In this document: positions 19,701-28,600 of the stretch, one piece after another
How the letters are laid out: every line of letters starts with the position of its first letter
Numbering within the stretch: position 1 is the first letter of the stretch
DNA from: Spirochaetia bacterium
GTDB lineage: Bacteria > Spirochaetota > Leptospiria > Turneriellales > JAOUFE01
Assembly: GCA_029857955.1 (NCBI GenBank)
Contig: JAOUFY010000006.1
Coordinates: 1,390-65,389 of the forward strand
Length of the DNA stretch: 64,000 nucleotides
Direction of reading: 5' to 3'
The notes under the pieces: model-generated
Told to the model about the DNA's origin: nothing
Databases searched by the model: none
Seen by the model: the letters and a program-made list of their open reading frames with translations, nothing else
Program-made: the position numbers and the translations under genes

Positions 19701-20211
19701 TGGATTTTTTAAAGCTAAATCAAAAGATAACCAGATCAATGTTTTGGATGAAAATGAAAACCTGCTTGAAACACTGAGTTTTCCTCGGCAAATTGATGAT
19801 GAACAGCTCTGCCTTAGCGACTACGTATCAAATAAAGTTTCAGATAATTTTGCAATGACTGCAGTTACGGCAGGTCAGGTTGCATCAAAAATCATTCAGG
19901 AACTTCAAGACAAAGGCGAACTTGAAAAATCGTATTTATTCGCGGGTCTTTCAACCCAGATGGCGGAAGGTTTGGCAGAATACATTCATAAAAAAATACG
20001 AAACGAATGGGGTATCGACGAAAAACAGGGTCTTCGTTATTCTTTTGGCTACCCTGCCTGCCCTGACTTACAGGATCAGGAAAAACTCTACCGGTTGCTA
20101 AAACCGCAGGACATTGGACTTGGTCTTACCGAAGCATGGCAGATGGATCCAGAGCAAAGTACCAGCGCTCTTGTGTTTCATCACCCCCAATGTTCCTATT
20201 ACAAAATTTAA
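16744..20211 (+). CDS. metH: Cobalamin-dependent methionine synthase
   Basis: All four modules are present: the Hcy-binding domain (FDGAMGTMIQ...GGCCGTTPAHI), the pterin-binding domain, the B12-binding domain with DVHDIGKN (D-x-H-x-x-G) and SALLVST, and the C-terminal AdoMet activation domain. Confidence 0.93.
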   Translation: MNKTNNNPFFQLMKKRTIVFDGAMGTMIQKCNLHAHDFGGEALEGANDHLVITRPDVIEGIYKEYLEAGADVIETNSFGSNRLKLEEYNLTTVREHNIAAAKTARKMTDLFSTTESPRFVFGSMGPTGMLPSSTDEALSAITFDQLYEIFNEQSFHLIEGGVHGLLIETSQDILEVKAAVVACHDARLRAVKEGIISSVDDIVIQAQVTLDPTGRMLLGTDIKAALAILEPLPVDVIGLNCSTGPNEMRESVRYLLENSSKYISAIPNAGMPINEHGHAVYKMDPDFFAKEVFSFISEFGLHVTGGCCGTTPAHIKALKDTILAHPEVKPREVATKRLPMAASAMTAASLVQIPAPTLIGERLNSQGSRKMKDLLIADDLNAMLGIARTQEEGGAHVLDICLASNERTDEAETMQKLVKLLSNSVASPLMIDSTEANVIETALKSLPGRPIVNSVNLEGDGKTRIHSIMPLVKKFGTAVVALTIDEKGMADTVEWKLDVAKRIHNIIVNEYGLLPQDILFDCLTFTLATGEEKYNKSAIETLNAIKKVKEELPGVLTTLGLSNVSFGFSPHARKILNSVFLYHAVQYGLDTAILNPNEIVPFSQLTKEDVKICEDLLFYKHPSASSDFINYFENKKPVKGTSKEDTKSLLKKMEPKERVHFQIVNRISDNIEESLAEILKKTNAVDTINNILLPAMKDVGEKFGAGELILPFVLQSAEVMKKAVAYVEQFLDKADSTSKGVVVLATVYGDVHDIGKNLVKTILSNNGYTVIDLGKQVPVAKIIEAAVENKAMAVGLSALLVSTSKQMTICVEEMSRAKLNFPVIVGGAAINRKYSYQISFPQDAYYEPGVFYAKDAFEGLTILNTLITKERNAFAASVKNEAIEHHKAADIKAHSNTVISSGSKKNHLNDAIIPKAPFYGRKILTDISFKEVFDLIDQQYLFRFKWGIRSKGDEFYKQIKEIYKPKLYELAEEAEKNKWIDLKLVYGFFKAKSKDNQINVLDENENLLETLSFPRQIDDEQLCLSDYVSNKVSDNFAMTAVTAGQVASKIIQELQDKGELEKSYLFAGLSTQMAEGLAEYIHKKIRNEWGIDEKQGLRYSFGYPACPDLQDQEKLYRLLKPQDIGLGLTEAWQMDPEQSTSALVFHHPQCSYYKI

Positions 20212-20269
20212 AGATTACATACTATACAAAACTTTATTTCGTATTCTCGAAAATATCGTGAGGGGTGAA

Positions 20270-20408
20270 GGGGTTGTCTAATAAGTCAAATTTGAACCGC
20301 GAAGACGCAAAGAACGCAAAGGAATTAAAGAAAATGATAAGAAAAATCCCTTTATTTCTTTACTTTGCGCCCTTCGCGCCTTTGCGGTGAGACTTTTTAG
20401 ACAGCCCC
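20270..20408. repeat. MITE-like repeat, family 1
   Basis: The terminal inverted repeats are GGGGTTGTCTAATAAGTC (20270..20287) and GACTTTTTAGACAGCCCC (20391..20408). The internal opposed arms are CGCAAAG-rich and CTTTGCG-rich. The right terminus is shared with 29601..29618. Confidence 0.75.
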
Positions 20409-20591
20409 GACGAGACAACTTGCCCCATCCCTGGTATCGTCTGCCTCAGGCCGTCGTGGCCTTTTGGCAGAATTGCTCCATCCCTTATATGTAAAGCTCC
20501 CTTTGTCGAAAGATCATAAAACCAGGGAGAGCTATTTCCAAACAATAAAAAATTCTAGTAAATTGGAATGACAATAATAAATTGATCCACA

Positions 20592-22418
20592 ATGCGAAGT
20601 CGTTTTAAAAATAAAATTAAAATTGATCGGCATATTTTAATTGCCCTTTCATTTTGTATCCCTGTTATTTTAAGCCGTATTTTTATTTTAATTTTTTCGG
20701 CTGATTTTCACTTTACATCAAGCATTTACATTTTTTATATCATCAGGGGAATTATATCAGATTTAATACCAACGTTTATAACAGGATATATTATTTCATT
20801 TATTCCGCTTCGTCTTCCATGGCGGTTTGTCATTTATTTTTTATGGGTTTTCACCTGTATCTTTTCTGCTGCAAATGCGGAACACATCATTGTAAATCTG
20901 GGAAATATTGATTTTAGATATACCCAGCTTGGCTTAAGTCACACGATGCTGAAAGGCTCGGTTATGACAAGCCGCGTTCTTTTACTGATGTCATTTATAC
21001 TTGTTCTTTCTTTTTTAATAATAAAGCTTGCAAAAATTTCAATAAAAAAATTATATCAAAATTCAATGCAATATGTTTCTACCTTTCGACAGTTTACCCG
21101 AACTATACCGCTTTTTGTAATTTTAACCTGTTCTTTACTTGTATTGCCGACAAACTACAGTATTTTTACATGTATCCAAATGGGTCTGGTTGAAGAAAAT
21201 ATTTTAAAAACTTATTATAACCTGTATTCATCAATTCAATATGAAAAAATTCCGTTAAACGATAATATTACAAACAGTATTTTTGGCCAGGATCTAAATG
21301 CGCCTCTTGTTGTAGATCGTCCGCAGCAAAAATATAACGTATTACTTGTTCTTGTTGAAAGCATTGGCTATGAAACTGTAAAATCGGGTATGATGCCAAA
21401 TTTAACGCAACTGTCAAAAAATACTTTATATTATCCCCGTTATTTGATTTCTCAAAAACAAACCAACAGAGGAATGTACAATGTTCTTTGTGGAGATTAT
21501 CCAAATCTAGTTTCATATAAGGCCAAGGCAAGCCAACTGACGGCACACAAAGAAAACACTTCAGGCATGCCGCGTTGTTTACCTGAAGTACTTAAAAGCG
21601 CTGATTATCAAACCGTTTATTTGCAAAGCGCTCCTATGCAGTTTATGCACAAAGAAAGATTTATATCTCAGATGGGTTTTGATGAATTTCATGGAGAAAA
21701 TTATTTTAAGAATATATACGGCAGAGCTGGATGGGGTGTCGATGACCGAACGCTGTATTTTGCTGCTCTTGATAAAATAAAAGAAATGGCTTCTAAACAT
21801 AAACCATGGTTTATGACATTGTTAACTGTAAGCACCCATCATCCGTATCGACCGACAGACAAAGCAAAATCAAATTACGCTGCTTCTGTAAAATATGCTG
21901 ATGATGCTCTCGGCGAGTTCTATGCGCACCTGGAAAAAATGAATTTACTGGAAAATACCATAGTGATCTTTACAACCGACGAATCTCATGGTCCTTTAAA
22001 TGGAGGTACCATTGCGCTCATTTCCAGAAACCACGGTTTTATGGCAATACACCTTCCTGTAGAAAAAAAATATTCTACAAGAAGACCGGCTTTTATATTA
22101 AATGACCTTTTTGCTGCCCACGATCTTGAAATTTCAATTGCTGATTATCTTGGCTTGCCGGTTAAAAACTTAAAAGGCCGAAGTTTGTTTAGAAAATACA
22201 ATAGAGAAAATCGCCATTTAATTTTTGGACATACCTATGCCGGAATTTTTTATTATCTCGATGATCAGCATTTATATGTATGTAACTATGACTACATGTG
22301 TTCGTATTATACACTTAAAGGCAAATTTTTTGAAGATTATAAATACCAATTTTCAGGTTATGAAAAAGATACATCCTCCTTAAAAGCCATTATACAATTT
22401 AATGACTGGATAGATTAA
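20592..22418 (+). CDS. Membrane-anchored sulfatase / LTA-synthase-like enzyme (alkaline phosphatase superfamily)
   Basis: About five N-terminal TM helices, then an extracytoplasmic domain with VLLVLVESIGYE, TNRGMYNVLCG, LLTVSTHHPY and FTTDESHG. Confidence 0.65.
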   Translation: MRSRFKNKIKIDRHILIALSFCIPVILSRIFILIFSADFHFTSSIYIFYIIRGIISDLIPTFITGYIISFIPLRLPWRFVIYFLWVFTCIFSAANAEHIIVNLGNIDFRYTQLGLSHTMLKGSVMTSRVLLLMSFILVLSFLIIKLAKISIKKLYQNSMQYVSTFRQFTRTIPLFVILTCSLLVLPTNYSIFTCIQMGLVEENILKTYYNLYSSIQYEKIPLNDNITNSIFGQDLNAPLVVDRPQQKYNVLLVLVESIGYETVKSGMMPNLTQLSKNTLYYPRYLISQKQTNRGMYNVLCGDYPNLVSYKAKASQLTAHKENTSGMPRCLPEVLKSADYQTVYLQSAPMQFMHKERFISQMGFDEFHGENYFKNIYGRAGWGVDDRTLYFAALDKIKEMASKHKPWFMTLLTVSTHHPYRPTDKAKSNYAASVKYADDALGEFYAHLEKMNLLENTIVIFTTDESHGPLNGGTIALISRNHGFMAIHLPVEKKYSTRRPAFILNDLFAAHDLEISIADYLGLPVKNLKGRSLFRKYNRENRHLIFGHTYAGIFYYLDDQHLYVCNYDYMCSYYTLKGKFFEDYKYQFSGYEKDTSSLKAIIQFNDWID

Positions 22419-22500
22419 ATCATGATATTTAAAAGCGGTTATCGCCCCTTCACACAGCGTGATCAGATCCTTTATATTGTCGGAATAGCAGAATTAGAAC

Positions 22501-24177
22501 TTGCCGCGATGGGGGTTATTCACACATTGCATGGTGATCAAAATGCGATCCATTTTGCCGGTTTTTTTTATGCTGACCTGCCTGGGTTTGCAGTGTTCAT
22601 CACCCGATTCTATAAATAAAAATGTAACTTCATCTATTGAATATATCGAAGATGTAAACGGAGCTTTTTCGTTTCAGGATATTCAAAATACAGAGGTAAG
22701 GCAGTGGCAAAAAGTGGGCCAGGATTCATTTAACTTCAAGTTTTCCAAATCTGTTTTTTGGCTGAAAATCGACCTTGGCAATTATCTTTCCATTTCTCAA
22801 AACCGAATGTCATATCTCGTTTTTGCCTGGAAGGCTCTGGATTCGGTTGAACTTTTCTATGTGAACAGGCAGGGCAAAATCGAAACGCAAATAGCCGGCG
22901 ACATGCATCCAAAATCAACGTGGTCATTGCCCGAGGCGCACTTTCCCGCATTTTCTATTTTGCCACGGGACAATCCCCGGCATATTTACTATGTGCGTCT
23001 TGATTCATTGTCGATAAAAAATTTTCCGGTTTTTTACAAGTCGGATATCGCCTACCTGCACGATCTAAAAGCCGAAATTATGGTAATCATGGTATTTAAG
23101 TCCGTTATTTTTGTTCTTCTTTTTTTCGCCGGTTTTCTCTTCATCATGTCGCGCGATATAAACTATCTTTTATACCTTGCTTATTTGCTTTCTATCAGTC
23201 TTGCCCAGGACGTTACCTTTGGCAATGCCTTTGATTTATTTTGGCCGAACTCAACCTGGTGGCAGAATCGCGCAGGAATGACTTTTATTGGCGGCCAGCT
23301 TTTATTTTCCCTTTTGTTTGTCAGACGCCTGCTTGATTTTCAACGCTTTGTACCGTTGGCCGATAATCTATCAAAGAGTCTGGCCGTTGTGTGCGCGATC
23401 TCCATTCCGCTTACGTTGACAGATATTCCGATCTCGATATTTTCGCATTTATACACCTCTATATACTGGATTGTTATTTTGTCATTTTTCGGCATCGGGA
23501 TTTATCTTCTTTCGAGAACCGTTCGCTATGTCCGTTTTTTTGTCATCGGCTGGGGTATATTTTTCTTTTTTGCCATTTTTCAGGTTTTATATTTTTCTTA
23601 CATTCTGCCCTACCATCCGTTTTACGTGTATGCGCCCATTCTGGCCATTCCGGTCGATATACTTTTCCTGTTCATGAGTATCTGGGAAAAACAGCAAGAA
23701 ATTCAAGTAAGGCGAATGTTGCAGGTCGAAAAAAAAATGCAGGCATTGCATCCGGCACATCATCCGTTGCAGGAAAAACAGGAAAGCGTAAACTCCGCGC
23801 CGGTTACCCGTTATCAAAAATCTTCCCTGGTCGATGTCGATGTGGAGCTGGTTCTAAGGGAGCTCGATATTCTTGTGCGCCAGGAAAAAATTTATCTCGT
23901 AGAAGGTTTGCGGCTGCCAGAACTGAGCCGTCTGCTGCGGCTCAACCGTACCCAGTTATCGGAACTGCTGAACACGCGCTTTGGAATGACATTCTCGGTC
24001 TACATCAACCAACTTCGAATTGAAGAGGCGAAAAGGCAACTGCTTTCCCAGCCAGATAAAAGAATCATCGACATAGCCTTTGACACGGGTTTTGGCTCGA
24101 AGGCCTCTTTTTGCTCGGTATTTCAAAACCTCACCGGCGTCAGCGCCAGCGATTACCGCAACAAGAAAACTCCATGA
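22501..24177 (+). CDS. Membrane-bound one-component regulator: 7TMR-DISM-type sensor fused to an AraC-family HTH
   Basis: Signal or lipobox-like start MRSILPVFFMLTCLGLQC (the ATG at 22543 is the likelier start). Next comes an extracytoplasmic DISMED2-like domain (FSFQDIQN...FSKSVFWLKIDL), then seven TM helices, then a C-terminal AraC HTH (LSRLLRLNRTQLSELL...IIDIAFDTGFGSKASFCSVFQNLTGVSASDYR). Confidence 0.7.
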   Translation: MPRWGLFTHCMVIKMRSILPVFFMLTCLGLQCSSPDSINKNVTSSIEYIEDVNGAFSFQDIQNTEVRQWQKVGQDSFNFKFSKSVFWLKIDLGNYLSISQNRMSYLVFAWKALDSVELFYVNRQGKIETQIAGDMHPKSTWSLPEAHFPAFSILPRDNPRHIYYVRLDSLSIKNFPVFYKSDIAYLHDLKAEIMVIMVFKSVIFVLLFFAGFLFIMSRDINYLLYLAYLLSISLAQDVTFGNAFDLFWPNSTWWQNRAGMTFIGGQLLFSLLFVRRLLDFQRFVPLADNLSKSLAVVCAISIPLTLTDIPISIFSHLYTSIYWIVILSFFGIGIYLLSRTVRYVRFFVIGWGIFFFFAIFQVLYFSYILPYHPFYVYAPILAIPVDILFLFMSIWEKQQEIQVRRMLQVEKKMQALHPAHHPLQEKQESVNSAPVTRYQKSSLVDVDVELVLRELDILVRQEKIYLVEGLRLPELSRLLRLNRTQLSELLNTRFGMTFSVYINQLRIEEAKRQLLSQPDKRIIDIAFDTGFGSKASFCSVFQNLTGVSASDYRNKKTP

Positions 24178-24329
24178 ATGAATGAAACTTTTTTAAAGGG
24201 GCGGTTGTCTTCATCGAACGAAGGTGTAAAACGCCAATGCACCTGGTATAGGCGAAGCCTTCTGAACCCCATTGTGCATGATTCAAACGAAATTTTCCGT
24301 AAAAATCGCCATTTTTTGTAAAAAAAGAA

Positions 24330-24351
24330 GTCCAGAATGATCATTCTGGAC
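24330..24351 (-). terminator. Orphan intrinsic terminator oriented for minus-strand transcription
   Basis: A perfect 22-nt palindrome GTCCAGAATGA/TCATTCTGGAC. On the minus strand it is followed by TTCTTTTTTTAC. On the plus strand no T-tract follows. No annotated minus-strand gene lies upstream of it. Confidence 0.55.
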
Positions 24352-24494
24352 GACAAACGCCAATTTCTATGCTATAAAAATTCATGAAGACGCGATATGT
24401 TCGGGGGTAGCGCAAAACGGCGGTTCATTTCCGCAGGGAACGGTCGCGATCGTTCCTTACGACATAACCCGCCGGTTGAAGCGAGGGGGCAAAC

Positions 24495-25616
24495 TTGCCC
24501 CCTTTTAAACAGGAGAAAATGAAACGTAACAAAATACTGCTTTATCTGATAACAGTCTTGTGCCTGTCGATATATTCGGCGTTGTACGCCGATGATATGC
24601 AAAAGGTAATTATTTTACCGTTTAAAAATATCGATAAAAATCCAAACTACGAATATCTCGAAGCCAGTATTACCGACTCGATTCGAGAAAATTTAAAAAC
24701 AAAATTTGTTTTTGCCGAAACCGCCGAACGAGACTGGAAATTGATTTCCAAAAAGAATTTTCTCTATGACAATGAATGCTACACGGCGACCTACGGCATG
24801 ACTCTGGGTCTTTTTGCCAACCAGGACGTAATCATCAATGGCGGATTTACGATCAAACAAGGCGGCAAAGATCAGGACGCCGTTAGTACGACCGTTCGCA
24901 TCATCAGCATTACCGAAAAAAAAATTATTTCCGAGTTTGTCATCGACATACCGGCCAACAGCGAATTGTTTAAGGCCATTGGAGAAGTAGCCGACAAGGC
25001 CGCCAAAGAAGCTTCCAAAGCCCTGCCCAACAAGGACGATTGGGAGAAAACCCGCGGTAAAAAAAAGGTAGAAAAAAAAATTTTCTCCAATGTTGCTCTG
25101 GGCATTCGGGGCGGCGGCGCGTTTTATCTCGGCGGCTGGGCAGATCAGTTCAGCACGAAATTACCGGCTTTTGGTTTTTCACTTAGAGCCAACATGCCGA
25201 TGATTGCCGACCGACTATTTGTTTCTGCCTTGTATAATAATTTCCAGCACGAATTTTCTAAAAGCGCGAAAAATTACCTCGCAAACGTGGGATTGGCCCT
25301 GCTCACCGCCAATCATCTTGTCGGCGGCAATGTCGGGTATGATTTTTTCATTAAAGATATTTTCTTGCTATCGCCTAAACTGGGCGGCGGAGCTATTTTT
25401 CAAACAAGCCAGATCAGCGGAGTGGTATCCCAAACCGTGAACAACAATATTCCCTGGGTCGGGATAGGCCTTGATTTTACCTGGCTTGCCACCGATTCGC
25501 TGCGCCTGGTTCTCGATGTAACTTTTAACGCAGAATTTGAAAAATCAACGAACACGGGAACAATCACGACGACATTTTTTCCCATGGCTATGCTGGGGAT
25601 GAATATAAATTTTTAA
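24495..25616 (+). CDS. Outer-membrane protein: signal peptide, TolB-N/CsgG-like periplasmic domain and C-terminal beta-barrel-like domain
   Basis: The probable true start is the ATG at 24519 (MKRNKILLYL), preceded by AGGAG. The N-terminal domain reads VIILPFKNIDKNPNYEYLEASITDSIRENL. The last ~180 aa are alternating-hydrophobic strands ending in the aromatic terminus ...AMLGMNINF. Confidence 0.6.
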   Translation: MPPFKQEKMKRNKILLYLITVLCLSIYSALYADDMQKVIILPFKNIDKNPNYEYLEASITDSIRENLKTKFVFAETAERDWKLISKKNFLYDNECYTATYGMTLGLFANQDVIINGGFTIKQGGKDQDAVSTTVRIISITEKKIISEFVIDIPANSELFKAIGEVADKAAKEASKALPNKDDWEKTRGKKKVEKKIFSNVALGIRGGGAFYLGGWADQFSTKLPAFGFSLRANMPMIADRLFVSALYNNFQHEFSKSAKNYLANVGLALLTANHLVGGNVGYDFFIKDIFLLSPKLGGGAIFQTSQISGVVSQTVNNNIPWVGIGLDFTWLATDSLRLVLDVTFNAEFEKSTNTGTITTTFFPMAMLGMNINF

Positions 25617-25620
25617 TTTT

Positions 25621-25650
25621 CATAGCCACGGGTTTAAACCCGTGGCTATG
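25621..25650. repeat. Perfect 30-nt palindrome between the OMP gene and the giant lipoprotein gene
   Basis: CATAGCCACGGGTTT/AAACCCGTGGCTATG, with no T-tract on either side. Confidence 0.85.
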
Positions 25651-25692
25651 AAAAAGGGAGAATAACCCGTGGCTATGAAAAAAGGAGAATAA
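25639..25692 (+). repeat. 27-bp tandem duplication carrying a duplicated Shine-Dalgarno and mini-ORF
   Basis: Unit 1 is CCCGTGGCTATGAAAAAGGGAGAATAA (25639..25665). Unit 2 is CCCGTGGCTATGAAAAAAGGAGAATAA (25666..25692), with 1 mismatch. Each unit contains ATG AAA AAR GGA GAA TAA. The ATG of the 1254-aa gene is at 25694. Confidence 0.85.
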
Positions 25693-25693
25693 A

Positions 25694-28600
25694 ATGAATG
25701 CAAGAACAAAAATATTTTATGCAGGGTTGTCAATGCTGGGTGTGATATTGGCCGGTTGCGGCGGAAAAAATACGTCCACGGGAGATTTACTCAGCGGCAG
25801 TACCCTGCCTGCTCTGAGCGTCTCATCTGTCAGCGCCCGCAATTTAACTACGCTGGATATTGAGTTTAACGATGCGCTCGAACCAGTTTCTGCCGCGACT
25901 CTTTCGAACTATGCTATAAAAAACAACGCTGGCGTTGCTGTCAATATTTCGGCGGTACATGTCGACGCTGCGAATAATAAAAAAGTAAATCTCACAACGG
26001 CTTACCTTAATGAGACCGTCGCCTATAGCCTCACCGTTTACAATGTTTCGGGAACCGGCGCCACAAGACCGATACCCGTCGCAGGCGTTTCTACTTCATT
26101 TACCGGCTTGGGCAGCAACTCTCCCCAGTTTGGAATTCAGTCAGTGGCCACATTGGACGCTTTTCATGTCAGGGTTCAATTTAATTACAACGTAGACCCG
26201 GTTTCTGGTACCACCTTGTCCAATTACGGTATTACATCGGTATCCAACGGCACGCCGGTAAACGTGACAGCGGCAGTCATCAACGCTTTGAACGCAGCCA
26301 CAGTAGATTTAACTACCGGCGACTTAACCGTGTTTACCCAGTACACGCTGAAAGTAACCAACGTATCGACCACGGCAACGGCTCTACCCATCAGCTCGAC
26401 CGGCATCAGTCTTGTTTTTTCGGGCGTTGCAGGTTCATTGGCCGATTCAACCCCGCCTAATATTTTGTCGCCGGCCAACGGTAGCGTGACAGGTCTTTCG
26501 GTTGCTTTGGTATGGACATCTAAATCAGGCGCGACATCGTACACGGTAGATGTAGCCACCGATGCTGGGTTTACTTTGCCCATTACCGGAAGCCCGTTTA
26601 CCGTAACAGCGCCATCAACCACATACAGCCTTACACTTGCCACAGGAAATCGTTATTACTGGCGCGTTCGCGCCAATACTACGGCTTTAGGACAATACGG
26701 TTCAGGCTCTTTCGACGCGCTCGATGCCGCTATTTATGTCTACTGCGCCAGCGGAACCACCTGTAGCGATACTGGAGCCATCGGTCATCAGTCCGCTCCT
26801 TTTCAAACGATTATGGGCGGCGCTGCCGAAGCCGCACGTCTGGGTAAAAAAACCGTCAAGGTCGCCTCGCGCGGTGGCTTAAGCGCTTATGCCGAAACTT
26901 TGATTTTGCGCGACGGGGTAAGCTTAAGCGGCGGTTACAATGCCGCCACATGGATACAAGATAAGGTGAATAACCGGACTGCCGTTTCTTCGGCGATTAC
27001 CTATGTGGTCTATGGCCAAAACATTGCCATGAATACGGTCGTGGAGGGTTTTAATTTTCAAAATATTTCGACCGGCCAGATCAACAGTTATGGCATGAAA
27101 CTCGACAACTGTTTAAACCAGCTGACGATACAAGACAATACCATCAACAGCGGAACAGGCACAACGACTTCAGCCGCCATTTATAACAACGGCTCGTTTC
27201 CGAATATTCTCGGTAACACTATGAATGCGGGCGGCGGAGGTACCTCGTATGGAGTTTATAACAACATAGGCTCCATCACCACACTGTCGAACAACACCAT
27301 CAATGGCGGCAGCGGTACAACCTCGTATGGAATTTTTAATAATGATACTATAACCACGATGTCGGGCAATGCTGTCAACGGTGGTAGCGGAACAGGCAAC
27401 ACTTATGGAGTTTTCAACGGCGGCTCTATCACCACGTTCTCGAACAACTCCATAACCGGCGGCAGCGGTTCTACGGCATCTTATGGCGCATATCTTCCCG
27501 CCGCAAGTTCCATCGCCACATTGACGAACAACACGTTGAATGGTGGCAGCGGGGCAAATTCCTATGGGGTTTATACCGCCAGTACGACGGCCCTTGTATT
27601 TTCCAATAATACCATTCATGGCGGTAGCGGCTCTGCAAGTTCCCGCGGAATTTATAATGCTGCGGGAAGTTCCATTGCATTGACCGGCAACATCATAACC
27701 GCTGGCAGCGGCGCTGGCATCTCTTTTGGAGTCGACAATGCCGCAACCGCTACGCTGAGTCTTTCATCTGGAAACACTTTTAACGGCGGCGGCGCTACGA
27801 CCTCGTATGGAGTAAATAATCCTGCGACAGCGATTCTCTCAGGTCTTACAAATAACATCTTTAACGGAGACAGCGCTACCACCTTTTATGGTATTTACAA
27901 TTTAGCCAACAACACCATTCCCACATTGTCGAACAACGTCTTTAACGGCGGCAGTGGTGATTTCTATGGAATTTATAATAAACCATTATCAGGCGCAACG
28001 AATTCTATCACCACAGTTTCTAATAACACGTTTAACGGCGGCACCGGAACAAATTTCTATGGAGTTTATAATTTTTCCTTGGCGGGAGTTACGGCCGTTA
28101 TCGGCACATTGACGTTCAACACGTTTAACGGCGGCAGCCAAACAGTAAACTCTTATGGAATTTCTAATTTTAATGGTGGTAGTACAATCACCACCCTGTC
28201 TAACAACATCATCCATGTCGGCAGTGGGGCAACTATTTATGGAATATTAAATTCTGCTGGCGGAATTGGTACATTGTCGAACAACACCATTACCGGTGGC
28301 AGCGGAACAGGAACCTCTTATGGTTTATCGAATACTGGTGGTACAATCGCCACCTTGTCGAACAATACGATCAACGGCGGCAGCGGGGCAACGGCCTATG
28401 GAATATCGAATACTGGTGCAATCAACACCATGTCGAACAACACCATCCATGCCGGCAGCGGCACAAACTCTTATGGAGTTTTCAACAGTGCCGGCTCGAT
28501 CGCCACGTTCTCGAACAACTCCATTAACGGCGGCAGCGGCACAAACTCTTATGGAGTTTGGAACAACAACACGATCACCATGTTCTCGAACAACACCATT

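Noticed and set aside
20360-20545. A 61-aa ORF ending in ...HRKGAKGAK.
   Set aside because: Its C-terminal part is the translation of the CTTTGCG-type arm of the MITE-like repeat at 20270..20408. It has no Shine-Dalgarno and is low-complexity.
22422-22619. A 65-aa ORF between the sulfatase-like gene and the AraC-type gene.
   Set aside because: It overlaps the 5' end and signal-peptide region of the 22501/22543 gene in another frame, and it has no Shine-Dalgarno or recognisable features.
23391-24023. A 210-aa alternative-frame ORF (and 23471..23677, 23587..23817) inside the 7TMR-DISM/AraC gene.
   Set aside because: It is fully embedded in a gene whose frame gives a coherent 7-TM plus AraC HTH protein. 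The alternative frame is Arg/Ser/Gly-rich nonsense of the kind typical of GC-richer coding DNA read out of frame.
24395-24506. Possible identity of the GC-rich leader with the c-di-GMP-I (GEMM) or glycine riboswitch, because of GCGCAAAAC and GGGGGCAAAC segments.
   Set aside because: The order and context of the conserved blocks do not match either consensus as I remember them: there is no GGAGAG/CUCUGG pairing and no GNRA-receptor arrangement. I kept it only as an unclassified structured element.
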